DNA of 63,303 nt, the filler included. It is 15 parts of 15 records of this genome, joined end to end, with 100 filler letters (N's around TTAATTAATTAA, not from the genome) between each part and the next. Parts side by side here need not be neighbours in the genome. Positions count along the whole stretch, not along the records: positions 42,156 to 46,915 come from SRR7504441_55768; positions 47,016 to 51,755 come from SRR7504441_55783; positions 51,856 to 56,736 come from SRR7504441_55787; positions 56,837 to 59,907 come from SRR7504441_56350; 11 more parts are not named here. One strand, given 5' to 3'. The first letter of the stretch is position 1. Each line of letters begins with the position of its first letter. The notes below the pieces were generated by a model, which saw only the letters and a program-made list of their open reading frames with translations, made no database searches and had not been told where the DNA came from. Position numbers and translations under genes: made by a program. Positions 45,435 to 57,586 of this stretch are shown here, piece after piece.

Positions 45435-46915
45435 ATGCGGGCCTCGGGCCTCGTCGCTGCTGTGGCCCTGCTGGCTGCCGGGGCCTACGGGGCCGAGCTC
45501 GCGCCGGGCTCGCTGCCACGCTCTCCGGCGGCCGATCTGATCACCGAGCTTGTGGGCCGGACCCGATCTCAGTTGGCGGCCGACATCCTGACCGCCTCGC
45601 CCGTCGGGGTCCCTTCCCTGCTCCGGGCCTACGCCGCGCACATCTCCGGCAGCCGGGCGGTCCCGCCAGTCCCCGAGCTCCCAGCCAGCCCCGGCCCAGT
45701 CCGCAGCTACCGCCAGCTGGTGTCTGAAAGGCTTGGGCGAGCTCGGGAGGCCGGGGGGTTCGGGGCCGGGGCAGTGGCCCGAGGGATGGCGCTCGAGCCG
45801 ACCGAGTGGAACGCGCACTACCAGATAGTGGGCGGGCGGCCGTATATCGTTGGCGGGCTGCCCCGGTTTGTCAACCACCACCACCGGAAGCGGGTGCGGC
45901 AGGCGAGTCCTCGGCCGGCCGGCGGTCAGCCAGCCAGCAGGTGCACGCAGTGCTGCTCGAGCTGGCTGGACGGGGCTTCCAGCTGCCGGACACCGAGTTT
46001 GTGCTCAATTACCACGACCACAACAAGGCGCTCCGCCCCCCGGAGCTCGCAGAGAGCTGTCCCGGAGGGTTTAACAAAAGCGCCTTCTATTCTGGCGAGA
46101 TGCTCGGGGTGGGCACCGGCAACCAGGACGTGGTCCGGCCTAACGGAATCCAGTCCCACCCGCTGCCTGGTGGGCCAGACCGGGTTGGTCGCTCTGACTG
46201 TGGCTGTGTAGTGTTCTCTGCTGTCTCGTGCTGCTACTCCGACGACATGTCGTTTCCAGTCACTTTCTACGACTTTGACGCGGTCGATCAAGAATTCTCA
46301 CAGCTGAACAGCCAGGCCGGCCGGGTGCCCTGGGCCGACCGGGCGCCCAAGGCTGGGTTCCGTGGCTCCATATTCTTTTACAGAGACCACGGCCGGACCG
46401 AGGCATTTTTGCAGTCGCTGCTGTTTCCGGAGGCAATAGACGTAGATTGGTGCGGTGTGGAAGGCTCTCGCCGGACTCAGAAGGCGCGCAGGTACAGTGA
46501 GCTCGACACCGACCTGCTTGAGGCGGACGGTCGGCCAGTGTTTGGAAACATCAGCCAGCTGGCCAGCCATAAGTATCTGATCAACCTGGAGGGTCACGAC
46601 TTCTGGTCCGGTCGGCTCCGGTCGCTTGCTGTGATGGGATCTGTCGTGCTCAAGCAGGCATGCGAGCCGCGGGACTGACTGATGCAAGCGGCAGGAGCTG
46701 CCGTGCGCTGAGTTCTGGGAGAGCCTGCTCGAACCTTGGGTGCATTATGTGCCTGTACAGAAGCACCTGCACGACCTTCGAGACAAGGTTTTTGCGAGGC
46801 GGCCGCGCACAGCTGGCGGGCAGGTGGAGTGGGCCAGAGCGCACGATGACCAGGCGAGGCAGATTGCAGAGCGAATGAGGGCGCGTGCCGGCCCGTTGCT
46901 CACCCAGAGGGCGAT
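45435..46915 (+). CDS. Glycosyltransferase family 90 (CAP10/POGLUT-like), secretory pathway; 3' truncated
   Basis: Signal peptide; VPWADRAPKAGFRGS, HKYLINLEGHDFWSGRL...GSVVLKQ|E...FWESLLEPWVHYVPV, VEWARAHDDQARQIA. GC-AG introns at 45903-45940 and 46658-46694. Confidence 0.88.
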
Positions 46916-47203
46916 NNNNNNNNNNNNNNNNNNNNNNNNNNNNNNNNNNNNNNNNNNNNTTAATTAATTAANNNNNNNNNNNNNNNNNNNNNNNNNNNNN
47001 NNNNNNNNNNNNNNNTGCGAGTGCTACGAAATTTCAAACTTGTGTACCCACGATTGTGTGCAAGTAATTAGTTGCTATAAATTATAATCTCAACTATAAA
47101 GCTGCTAAGTGTTAGCTAGGTAATGGCTAAGGTACGGCTAGGGCCAGTCGGAGCTCTTCGAGAGTACTTCGAGAGCTCTTTGATGGGGTATTGATGAAGC
47201 CGA

Positions 47204-49984
47204 TCACAAGTCTGGTGCAATGTCTTCATCTTTGTCCGTGCAAGCATCTTCGGAGGCTGCTGCTGTCTCTGCTTCCGCGACTGCCTCTACAGCTCCACTA
47301 ATTTTCTTCGCGCTGTCCTCCACCAGTTCTCGTGGCTCTGTATTGGTATCTGTCACTGGAGCAACCTGCCCATCTACCTCCCTGACTTGCCCTACACTCG
47401 CGTTGGGGGCCACTGGAGCTTCAGCCTCAGGGCCTGGATCTGCCACGGCTGGGTTGGCCTCCCCAGTTGCTTTGGTCTCTAGTCTATTGTTATCATCTGC
47501 CTGCAAATCCTCCTCCTTGCCAGTGTTTGGTTCAGCAGCTGGCTCTGTCGACACGCAAACAGCTGGCACTGCAGCTTCCTCAGAGCTTGGTTCTGCACAA
47601 GCACTAGCTTCCCCTTGGCCAGAATTGGCAACCTGCGATGAGCCTTCTTTTTCCTCCACCGTCTGCGCCTCAGTCTTGGTCACATCTGCCGCAATGGCTT
47701 GCTCAATCACTGCTGCCGCTTGTTTGCCCGAGTTGTCCATCTCCTCACGCTCACATCTGTTCGACTGCACCGCAGGGTCAAGAGCCACTGGCTGCATCGC
47801 CTCGCTGGGACCCTTTGCGCTCGCATCCACCGGCACCTCTGGTATCTCGACTACGGTATCAGTTTGCTGCTCCAGCTTGGTCTCGGCTAAAGATGCTTTG
47901 CACTCAGCATTTCCTGTGACAATCTTGCTTGCCTGCTCGCCAGTGCCAGTCGAGCCAGCAGCAGCCACAACCGCATCAGGAGGCGGAGCGGCAGCGCTGT
48001 TGGTAGGCGCGGCCGCTGGCTGATCGGTTAGACTGGGCTCCGCCTTTACTGGCTGCTGCACATGTCCATGCTGTGGTGCTGCGACCACTCCGGGCTTCAC
48101 CTCGCCTGCCTGTACAGCTGCAGTGGGCGGCTCCTGAACTACAGCTTCAGATTTGATTGCAACCCGGTTGACCACAGGTGGCGCTGCCGCCGCAACGACC
48201 TGGCTCTGAGCTTGAACGGCAGCCGCTTGCTGCATCTGCTGCGCCTTTGCCTGCTCCATCGCCTGTTGCTCCGCTTGCCTCCTGGCTTCAGCCTCCTTCT
48301 TGGCCCTGGCGGCCTCTTTCTTGGCCCTGGCCTTTTCTTCGGCCTCTTTCCTGGCTTCTGCCTCCTTCTCCAAGATTTCCTCGATGCTCTCATGTGACAG
48401 CTCATAGTAAGCCTGCACCTCTGCAGCCGAAAAGTTGTTGCCCATCGCCCGCGCCAACTTCTTCCAGTCCTTGCCAATTGCCTTGATGTGCCGAATAAAC
48501 CGGGTCTTGTCCACCTCCGACCAGCCCTTGTTCTTACTCTTTTTCGCAGAGTGCTCCTGCCCTGGTACTGCCGACTGCATCCACGCCCCGCCTGTCTGCA
48601 AAGGATCGCTCCGTTCATGCTTGCCCAAGATGGACCCAACCTCTAGTTTGGGGGCGCTGGCCGCTGCAGCCGCTTTCTTACCCGGCCCGCGCTTCTTGAG
48701 CTGATGCTGCTTCAGCTTTGTCTTGAGGTCCAGTTCCTTCTTGTATCTGTAGTAGAACCTGACACACTCCTGCGTGTTCTTGCTAGGGAGCGAAGCAGCT
48801 ATCTTGCGGAAGTTCTTCGGGAAGGTCATGTACTTATGGAAAAACTGCTTTTTCTCCTCCTCGTTCCAGCTATCCATAATCGAGAACACTCGTGCATCGT
48901 GCACAGGGTCTTCTCTCAGCCCGTTCTTTGAGACGAACCTCTTGGCTTCGCGCTCGCGTGGGTCGATTATCATGGTCGGTATCTTGGCTAGGTTGAACTC
49001 AATCCGGTGCCGCGTCCGTTCCTCCTCCTCCATTTGCGCAATGATCTCGTTGATGTCTGCGTCGCTCCTCGCTACTCCAGTGTCTCGGGGGCTCCTAGTC
49101 ACAAGCGAAGAGCTAGACCGGAGCGCCGACCTCGCCTGCACCCTGGAGCCACCCTGCGGAGTGGACTTCTTGCCGCTATTCCGGCTGCTGCTCCGCTGCT
49201 GCTTGGCCTCGTACTTTTGGTTGAGGAAGTGCCACTGCCTATGCAGCTTGTTTCGCTTGCGCTTGACCCCCTCATGCCTGTCCATAATGATCTCAATCAG
49301 CGACAGCCGCATCTTGCGGTGCGACGCGATGTTCTCGTGATACGACTCGAGGTCCTGCGGCCTGTGGTAAAGCGCCTCCCCAGCTGCCACTCTCTCCAGC
49401 ACTGCCGGTGGCATCAGCCTCGGCAGCAGCTGCTTCCGCTTCGCAAGCGTCCTGCTCTTGGTATTTTGCAGATACAGCATGTGCGACGCGTGCCCCTTCA
49501 GGTCCACAAAATCCACAGTGTAATCCGGCGGGAACGGGAGCACGGCTGGCCGCTCGTTGTCGTCTCCCTGTGCCAGAGCTTCCTCCTCCTCCTTGAGTTC
49601 AGCCAGCCTAGCCTCTAGTTTGACGATCTCGCTGTCCGTCGTCTCGATCGTCAGCAGAAGCTTCTCCTTGCTCATCGGGGGTGGCGCGGGCTCCTTCGCC
49701 GCCGGCTCCCGATCCGGTTCACCAGGCTCCTCCGGGTCAGCCTCAGGCTTGCTGCTCCCATTCTGCCCGCCACTGGCCGCTTGCCCCCCATCGGCCGCGC
49801 CGTGGCCGTTCGCTATATCGCCTGCCTCCGCATCCCGCTCCGTCGCAGGCTCGGGCATGTCCTCAGATTTGGCCGTCGCCGTCTCAGGGTCTCTAGTGGG
49901 CGGTCCCACGGCTTTGGCCGAGCCTAGCGCCGCGATCAGAACGGCAGTGACCATGCTGGAGCTCGGGCTCTGTCGAAAGCACAC
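47204..49984 (-). CDS. NCoR/SMRT/SNT1-like corepressor with two SANT domains; further 5' exons likely
   Basis: SKEKLLLTIETTDSEIVKLE coiled coil; LAKIPTMI; WNEEEKKQFFHKYMTFPKNFRKIAASLPSKNTQECVRFYYRYKK (SANT1); WSEVDKTRF...GKDWKKLA (SANT2). Confidence 0.88.
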   Translation of the reverse strand: MCFRQSPSSSMVTAVLIAALGSAKAVGPPTRDPETATAKSEDMPEPATERDAEAGDIANGHGAADGGQAASGGQNGSSKPEADPEEPGEPDREPAAKEPAPPPMSKEKLLLTIETTDSEIVKLEARLAELKEEEEALAQGDDNERPAVLPFPPDYTVDFVDLKGHASHMLYLQNTKSRTLAKRKQLLPRLMPPAVLERVAAGEALYHRPQDLESYHENIASHRKMRLSLIEIIMDRHEGVKRKRNKLHRQWHFLNQKYEAKQQRSSSRNSGKKSTPQGGSRVQARSALRSSSSLVTRSPRDTGVARSDADINEIIAQMEEEERTRHRIEFNLAKIPTMIIDPREREAKRFVSKNGLREDPVHDARVFSIMDSWNEEEKKQFFHKYMTFPKNFRKIAASLPSKNTQECVRFYYRYKKELDLKTKLKQHQLKKRGPGKKAAAAASAPKLEVGSILGKHERSDPLQTGGAWMQSAVPGQEHSAKKSKNKGWSEVDKTRFIRHIKAIGKDWKKLARAMGNNFSAAEVQAYYELSHESIEEILEKEAEARKEAEEKARAKKEAARAKKEAEARRQAEQQAMEQAKAQQMQQAAAVQAQSQVVAAAAPPVVNRVAIKSEAVVQEPPTAAVQAGEVKPGVVAAPQHGHVQQPVKAEPSLTDQPAAAPTNSAAAPPPDAVVAAAGSTGTGEQASKIVTGNAECKASLAETKLEQQTDTVVEIPEVPVDASAKGPSEAMQPVALDPAVQSNRCEREEMDNSGKQAAAVIEQAIAADVTKTEAQTVEEKEGSSQVANSGQGEASACAEPSSEEAAVPAVCVSTEPAAEPNTGKEEDLQADDNNRLETKATGEANPAVADPGPEAEAPVAPNASVGQVREVDGQVAPVTDTNTEPRELVEDSAKKISGAVEAVAEAETAAASEDACTDKDEDIAPDL

Positions 49985-50704
49985 CCCGGATCAGTCGACA
50001 CCGGGCAGGGCCGGACGGGCCGCACCTCGAGCTTCTTCTCCGGGGCTTTTTTTCGAACCAGTCCTTGTCCCCAGCCGAGCCTGGCCACCACTCGCGGGCG
50101 CTTGGAGTCCGGCAAGTCCTGCGGCAACCGATCAGACTCAATGGATCGGTTCGGGACCGCCTCGGGGCGGCCAAGCGCACTCACCGGTCCGCCATCCGTC
50201 TCACGCTTGCGAGCGCCATCTTTGCCCGGCTGGAGGGCCGGGCTGAGCACGCCGAGGCCGGGGTGGGGGGCACCTGGTCGGTAGCGCTTTCTGTCGTCAT
50301 TACGCGCACCCACCCACGCGATGCGGACCGCTGGCAGTGCAGCTGGAGCCCACAGCTGCTAGGAGCACTAGGAGCAGGCGTTCAATTCGCCCGCTCTCCA
50401 TTGTTTCCCCTTTTTTTTTCCTCGACTGTGATGATCAAGGCATGCTGAGCTGTCTGAAGGCATGCCTCTGACAGTGGATGTGGCCGGCGCCCCTCGAGTG
50501 GTCTGCTGAGAAGCCCGCGGTCGTCGTGGCCGAGGAGGATACGCGCGAGGAGGATGAGCAGGATACGCGCGAGGAGGATGGTCCCACCCAGATGCCCCCC
50601 CGGGCAGATCGGACAAGAGCCCGCCAGCTGCCATAATAAAAAGAATAAAAAAAATTGACGGACTTGCCGGGTTAAGCTGTCCCGGGCGTCGACACGTCCC
50701 TCAC

Positions 50705-51199
50705 ATGCTCGGGAGTGCTGCCGTGCAAGGGCGGGCACGCCAGACCGCCCCCCTGGCCCGGGAGGAGTCCTCCAGGGCCAGCAACTCCTCCCGGGCCAGC
50801 GCGCACCGCCGGTTCTCGGACCGCGAGCTCACTCGGGCGATGCGGACCTCGTCGCCGCCATCGACCGGCCGAGCGGGGCCCGCCGGCTCGGCTAGGGCTG
50901 AGCGGGCAAGAGTGGCAACGGTCTCTTCCTCCCCGGAGGAGACCACTCTGCACTGGACCGGCGAATCCCTCCGGGGCGTGGAGCCGTACGGGGACCTTAG
51001 AGGAGCCGAGCAGAACTCGCTGATGACTTACCTGTCCCAGACCCGGACCCAGCCCGAGCCGCGCAGCCCGCCCGGCTCATGGGCCGCCCGAGTGGCGACC
51101 GGTCCGAGCTGTCGGATCGAGCGGGTGGTGGCCGACATCCATGAGGCGCTCGAGGCGGCCGACAAGCGGAGCTCGCCGGTGCTGACGGTGCGCGGGTGA
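50705..51199 (+). CDS. Hypothetical protein exon (divergent from the SANT gene)
   Basis: GC-rich 164-aa ORF ending at a GTGAG donor-like site; no domain recognised. Confidence 0.3.
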   Translation: MLGSAAVQGRARQTAPLAREESSRASNSSRASAHRRFSDRELTRAMRTSSPPSTGRAGPAGSARAERARVATVSSSPEETTLHWTGESLRGVEPYGDLRGAEQNSLMTYLSQTRTQPEPRSPPGSWAARVATGPSCRIERVVADIHEALEAADKRSSPVLTVRG

Positions 51200-52107
51200 G
51201 CCGGTCCGGGAGGGCCGCGGGGATGGGGGGAGGCATGCGCGGGGAGCCGGTGGCGTCAAGTCTTGGTGGCAGAGCATGACTGGAGAGAAGGCTGGTAAGG
51301 GTGACCGGAGCAATAGATACAAAAGATAGGCTAGATAAGGCAGACCGGCTAGTCAGCCATTTGCGGCTAGATGGCCGGGTGCAGTAGTGCGGTGCGTCGG
51401 AGAAATGATCAAGATGGCTGTTCACACTCGACGACCGACCGAGTGAGGTAAGAGTAGGCAATGACTCGGTGTATACGATCGCAACTTGTTTGTGTACTCG
51501 TACGTATAGAGATCAAGACAATAATTACAATGAATAGTTATTGTACCGTACGAGAACATACGTAAGAGTTGCAAGAGGCTCACCATTGGGTGATGGCTAG
51601 GAAGAGCGCGTCTAGACAAGCCTGTGCGGGCGGGTCGGGAGCATATCGGGAGCAGTCTACATGTTGTTTCTGTTATTTCATTGAACCCTGGCTTTATTGG
51701 CACATCACAGTGCACTCCCGCCATCAGCGGTCTCTCACACTATTACTAAAATAAANNNNNNNNNNNNNNNNNNNNNNNNNNNNNNNNNNNNNNNNNNNNT
51801 TAATTAATTAANNNNNNNNNNNNNNNNNNNNNNNNNNNNNNNNNNNNNNNNNNNNATGCCTCCAAACCACGTTAGAACCCCTAAACTTGTGCCAGCACCC
51901 CCGTCATCTCGCCTCAGCACTGAGCAGCTCCTTTGCACTTCTTCCGCTACGGCGCTACCACTTCAGTGCTCATATATTTATGGAACAACTATAGAACAAC
52001 TAACGGACTTTAGAACGCCAACAAAGAATCCGGATTTAATCAAGAATCTGGATTTGAATAATTCTTGTACTACTTGTAAATAAATATACGTATTCACTTA
52101 TAATAAT

Positions 52108-55100
52108 TCACCAAGGGGCATGTTTGATGAAATCTTGCAGCTGCACTCTACTTCCTTTGGCACGCTCGGCACGGCGGGGCTTCGGCACACTTGAGCTTCT
52201 ACTGCTGCTGCCGCCCCCGCTTCCATCTGGGCTGTGTGCTGCCATATGGCCAATAGCAGCTTGATGCTCCGGGAGCGAGTAACATGAAGACATGGAGTTG
52301 GTCCGCTGGCGTGTGCGCCGCCGCGGCACCCCTACATTGTGCTGCCGAAGCTCAGCCTCAGCCGCTTGCCGGAGTTGCTTCTCGTGCTGCAGCTGGGACT
52401 TCAGCTCGCCACAGGCCCGGATCAGCTGCCCAATCTGGCTGTATTGTGAGTGAAGAATCTGCCAGTTTGGCAACGGATTTGAGCACTGCCAGTCGAACTT
52501 TTGATCGAGGAGCTTGCACATCGTGGCAGAATCGAGTGCTTGTACCTGACTCAGGATAGCATGTAACTGTCGACACATCTCTTGCACCTGTATGCAAGCA
52601 TTTGGCAGAGTAATGAGCCAGAAGACACCTCACTGAAGCGGAAAGCCGAACTGCCTACATTGTTGGATAGGTTTGCCTGCGCACCAGGTCGGCGTAGCAG
52701 CGAGTGCGTGCGGCACCGGATCGACAATGTGCAGCATTGATCTAGTCCAAACGCCCGCCCCAGACTGCTGAGCGGCCAACTGGCCGCTGGAGCATCCGCA
52801 GATCCGCAGCGCGAGTGCTGCTGAGTCCGCTGTAAAGGTATCGTTGCTGCGGGTGACGTACTCTAGACAATTGAGCAGGGCCTTGCCAAGGTCAGCAGCC
52901 GGGGCGTGGTGGTAGTGTGCCCCATGCCGCTCCAGGAAAGAAGCCACCAGAAGCACGACTCCATAAGAACTCACGCCCCCAGTGAAGCTATCATTCAAGC
53001 CGTTCGCACGCAGTATCCTCTTGACCATGAGTACAAGCGGGCGGAGCAGCGGCAGCTCCCGGACTAGCCGGTTCACCAGCTGGATAGAACTCAGACCACT
53101 GTGTGTTGCTGTCTGAAAACTCACATCGAGACCCAACCCAGTCGCCAGCCCGCCTGAGCCCTGCAGCATGGTTTGGTTGGCAACATGCCCTTAAGGACTC
53201 ACTGGCGCAATGACAAACTTGACAAGTGGGATGGTGGTTGTTGTGATGCCTTGCACCTGAGCCCATGACACTCGTCCAGCTGATCGGGCCCTCGTGGCAC
53301 CTGAGATGCCCACTCCTCACGAGCAATCCGGCGTGCCAACTCAGCGATTCCTGAATGGACCTGCAGGGGTCATCCTCAGTCTGAGCGAGCTAAACCTGTG
53401 GTGGGCTCTGTGTTCCGCCAAATTGAAGCACAACATCTACATCAGACTCTGGAATGGCTAGATTGGTGGAGCGGGAGCCATAGACGCACGCTTCGACACT
53501 CACCTCTGGCCAGGTCTGCTGCGCCACGCGCTGACAGACAGCTCATGCGCAGCCGGCAGCTGTCAAGACCTGGACCACTGCAATCGCCCACTGGCAGGCG
53601 GCATCACTCCTCAAGTGCGCATCAGCGCAGGCCTTGGCAAATAGCATCACCTGCAAGACAAATCTATTCCAATCTCCAGATCACTACAAGGCCACCTCGT
53701 GGTGCAAGATGGAGAATCGTGGATATTGAGCCATCAAGTCCTCGCCTGGGCGTCTCGGATATGCATGCATGCCTTGTTGCTCCATCCCGTAATTCATCGC
53801 AATCGGCAGCGAATTCGCTAGCAAATTCTCGGCAGACCTGTCTCACGTGTTCCCACCACGGCCAGATGCGCTCGTGTACCGAGAACGCCTATGCCTCGCA
53901 TTCCCTGGTCTGCGTGGCTCTCTCTCTTCGGGCTCTTGGCCTGTGTCCTGCACCGCGTTCCTCTCTTGCTCACTCGCCGAGCTCCGCCTCTCACTCTCAC
54001 TTACACACGTTTCTGACGAGGGCAGACGTGACAAGCCGTGGCAGGGCGACTGCGGCGGCTCATCTGCCACGGCTTTAGCGTACTCGAGCCACCGCTGTCC
54101 CCAATCACAGCCTGAGAGGCCCGACTGGCGCACCTGCAGGCATTGCTGGGTTGTTGGAGCTTCTTCAACCAATTGCTGCTCCTTCAAGGCCGGTGGAGCC
54201 ACAGGCATTGCCGGATCCCAAATGCTTAGCGGATCCCAGATGCTCCGACCCCATTCAAGCCCCAGCCCAGCCGGCTGAGGCACTGGCGGGCTCCAGCTGG
54301 GGCCAACCACTCGCCCACCCGCAACGTCCAGCCTTTGAATAGGCGAGCTGCCCCGCCAATTAAGGGGTGCCCATCCTACCAGCGCACTCGCTGACCGCAC
54401 TCACTTCCAGTCTCTCCATATGCCCACACATCTCCAACACCTACCCCCATATGCGCCCCGGCTTCTGGCCACTGACCTGGTGCAACAGTGCTGAGTCCAG
54501 ACTTGTCTCCTCCCGCTCCTCATCCTCCCCGCTCCGTGTCCAACCACCCAGTTTGCTTCGCCTGTCTTACCCCTTTCAGCAGGCCGCTGGCTTGAGCCCA
54601 CCGGTGGCTGGCCGGGAGCTGGCGCAGCTGGGCATTGGCTGAGTGCGGGCGATTCAGATGCTCCACTCGCAAAACTGGCGAGGCTGCACCTTCCTGGTTC
54701 CTAGCCGCCCGTAAGGAAGCAACCTGGACCGGTCCGCTCCTTTGGTGCTCCCACGGTACTCCAACCTGGGCTGGCGATATCCACCTGGCACGGCAGTTTG
54801 CTCCAAACGCATTCTAAGCGCTCAACTGCATTCTCGATCACCATGTCTAACACCTCAGCCACAACTTGCCGCAGAGCACGAGCGCTCCCTTCTGTGGCCT
54901 CAGCAGGGCTGCCAGCCGACTCGTCACACCTTCCAACCCTGATCAGATTCATAAGTAGATCGTCCAGCCTCACGTCTGCGCCCTGGCCGGTTTCTGTTGC
55001 TTGCGACGGCCTTTCTTTCTAGTCTTCGTCCTCGGCTTGGGCGAGAGGCTCTTTGGAGGACCGCAAAGCTCAGTTAGGTGCTCATCCTGCTGCCGCTGCA

Positions 55101-56133
55101 CCTTCCTGATTAGGGAACAAACATCCTAAATAGGGACTGGCCTGCATCCCACGTAGCAGCAGCTCCCGCAGCCGCCCAGCCAACCGCTGCCCCGGCCGTC
55201 AGCCCCAGCCTGGCACCTGCCGCCTTCCCTGGTGTTTTCTGGCTCAGCCACGCTGATCTGACACGTGACCTGCACGATTCCTCTCTGGCGCACCAACTGA
55301 ATCAGCCTACTAGCGCCGTCCCGTCCAGTCCCGTCCCCAGCCAGCGCGTCCCCAACCTCATCCAACTGCCCCCAGCCTCCAATTGCACCGACAGATATAA
55401 CCACCACTAAAGCATAACAAATCAAAACGTGCAATTAAAGTATACTTAAAGGCGACCTCACTCCCAGTGGCCAAGCCCAGGTGCCGCCCAGCCTGCAAAT
55501 GTCGGCCAGGTCGGGCCCAGAACCGGTCCAACTGGGCGACGAGCAGCACCGCCGGCACCACTGGCACCTTCCGGTTGGCCCAGCTCGCCCAGACAGCCAT
55601 CTCTATTCGGCCAAACACAAGCTGCCGGATCTGGCTCACGACTGGCGTCAGCTGGGCAGGCCACCGCCCCGAGCGGGAAAACCGCGTCTGCATCCAGCCC
55701 GAGCCACCAGCAGCCAGGCTTGCTGGTTTTGCCAGTCGGCCGGCAGATCAGGAACCGTTGAAGCGACAGTTGGTCGGCCAGGTCCACCAGCCGGGCCAAA
55801 TCAGTCGCCAGCCAGGGCACAGCCGCCGCGGGATCGCCCACAATCGATAGTCCGGCCAGCACTCGGTCCGATGCCTGCTGCTGAGCGGCCGGCATCCAGA
55901 CCCCCGGGGCCGGCTGCCAGCGCCCGCTGGCGGCCAGCATCACTCCAGCTGGCCGGGCCCGGAACAGACAGAGGACGGCCCGGCACCTGGCCACCGCTGG
56001 GTGCAGCAGGCCTAGTGGATGGGGCACACCAGGTCGGATCCTGGACACTCATGGCAGCCACCCGATCGGCCGGGGACAGGCTGGCTAGCCAGGCCAGCAC
56101 CTCCCGCCGGCCCTGGAGCATCGAGGCTGGCAC
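52108..56133 (-). CDS. Non-canonical poly(A) polymerase / nucleotidyltransferase (TRF4/PAPD5-like), multi-exon
   Basis: Minus-strand ~53420-53515 gives WPEVSVEACVYGSRSTNLAIPESDVDVVL (NTase GS...DxD). 52630-53169 gives LDVSF...LRPLVLMVKRIL...LNDSFTGGVSSY...LHIVDP. Linking the N-terminal exons is inferred. Confidence 0.8.
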
Positions 56134-56524
56134 CCCAGGCTCAGAGCCGCGGGGGGGCCTAGGGCGGACTGGGCGGCGGGGGTGGGGTGCGGCAAGCCGC
56201 CGCCACTTGGCGCAGGCTCAGCAGTAGCCGGGCCTCGGTGGCATCGGCCATGTCCGGTGATGTCTTTGGTCCCCTCGTGAAGATCCAGTCCAGCTACATA
56301 GACGTCTATAGTCATGCGCTGAGGGGGGGCTACACAGATCCAGCGCTCGCCTTCTGAGCGGAAACACGGGTCGGTGGAGGCAGCTTGCATGCGGGCTTGG
56401 AGGAATTTCCCCGACGAGAGTGACAGGCAAGTCGCTGGCGGATGATAAGAGGCTAAGACGCACCTGAAGCGTGTGCTCCCGCCCTGAAATGCGAGCAGCG
56501 CAGTCCTTAGCGGGCTTCTTGAGC

Positions 56525-56736
56525 ATCAGCTTTGGACCATCCATACGGAAGCCGCCCCAGTCAGCATCAGTGTACACTTGCAGCAGCCATTTTGACGTAG
56601 GATCGCTCTTGATGCCCTCATCAGCAATTCCCTTAGCGAATCGCAGGGTGCTCTTCAGTAGACCCATGGATCCAGCTGTTGGCTTGGCGTTAAAACCATG
56701 AAGGGGTTTGAACTTATTTTTGGCCCTTTGGCTGAT
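56525..56736 (-). mobile_element. Ty1/copia-type pol remnant (RT C-terminus / RNase H start)
   Basis: KPTAGSMGLLKSTLRFAKG...EGI...LLQVYTDADWGG matches the copia 'KRILRYLKGT...L.GYSDADWAG' signature; similarity ends right after. Confidence 0.65.
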
Positions 56737-56836
56737 NNNNNNNNNNNNNNNNNNNNNNNNNNNNNNNNNNNNNNNNNNNNTTAATTAATTAANNNNNNNN
56801 NNNNNNNNNNNNNNNNNNNNNNNNNNNNNNNNNNNN

Positions 56837-56865
56837 CTAACCCTAACCCTAACCCTAACCCTAAC
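56837..56865 (+). repeat. (CCCTAA)n telomere-type repeat at contig start
   Basis: ctaa(ccctaa)4c immediately after the spacer. Confidence 0.9.
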
Positions 56866-56869
56866 GCAG

Positions 56870-57345
56870 GACTACTACGCAAAGGGTACAATGAGGAGTC
56901 GTCAGATGGGAAAGTTCTGCTGAAGATTGTGGACCGACTTAGGCACGCTGGGTACCACGCAGAGACCGTCTTAATTAATTCGATGTGGATCGGTATTTTT
57001 GCAATTGATCAGTTGAGACACTAATCGGACCAACAGGCTCCAAGGCTTCCGTCGTAATGAGTACATGGATGTATCAACCTTGGTGGACAAGCACTTCCAT
57101 TACAAGGCGCTCGGGAATGCGGTAACAGTGCCAGTTGTTGAGATCCTCTTCCAGGCTGTCTTCAAGAGCTCTGGTCAGTCTGGTGCGAGTAAGGGCAACA
57201 AGTTGACCTGGTGGCAGGTATCGAGCCTGAATGGGACGAAGAATCGTTGGCTTGGCTTCATGAAGTCAAGGATAAGTACACCGTGCCGATGACACCCGAG
57301 CTCCGGAAGAACAAAAGCGGCGTGAGTTACACGACCTTTGTTTAG
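56870..57345 (+). pseudogene. C-terminal part of a cytosine-5 DNA methyltransferase, apparently lacking motif VIII and the target-recognition domain
   Basis: GLL...GKVLLKIVDRLRHAGYHAETVLINS (post-motif VI/VII), then LQGF (motif IX) and YKALGNAVTVPVVEIL (motif X). Putative introns 56985-57036 and 57174-57217. Confidence 0.7.
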
Positions 57346-57586
57346 AACACGGTAGTATTTGCACAGTATTAAGTAATATTGCATGTCACGAACACATGCC
57401 AACTAACGTATTTATACATAATATAATTATCTAATCGTGTCCATGATTGTTACATGATTGTAATATCAACTGCTTTCACTGCGAATTTGCCAACACCAGG
57501 ACTACACCGAGACACCCTGAAAGACGCCAAATACCTTGTGGTGCATGCACGAGAGCACAGTACACCCAGCATCTGGCGGATGCTGC

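Noticed and set aside
56971-56980. TTAATTAATT resembling the linker inside the DNMT fragment
   Set aside because: No flanking Ns, and it encodes L-I-N at a position fitting the methyltransferase pattern; likely coincidence.
56525-57345. Copia remnant next to telomere repeat and DNMT (a DNMT-carrying retroelement?)
   Set aside because: The copia fragment and the DNMT are on different contigs separated by a spacer, so adjacency carries no information.
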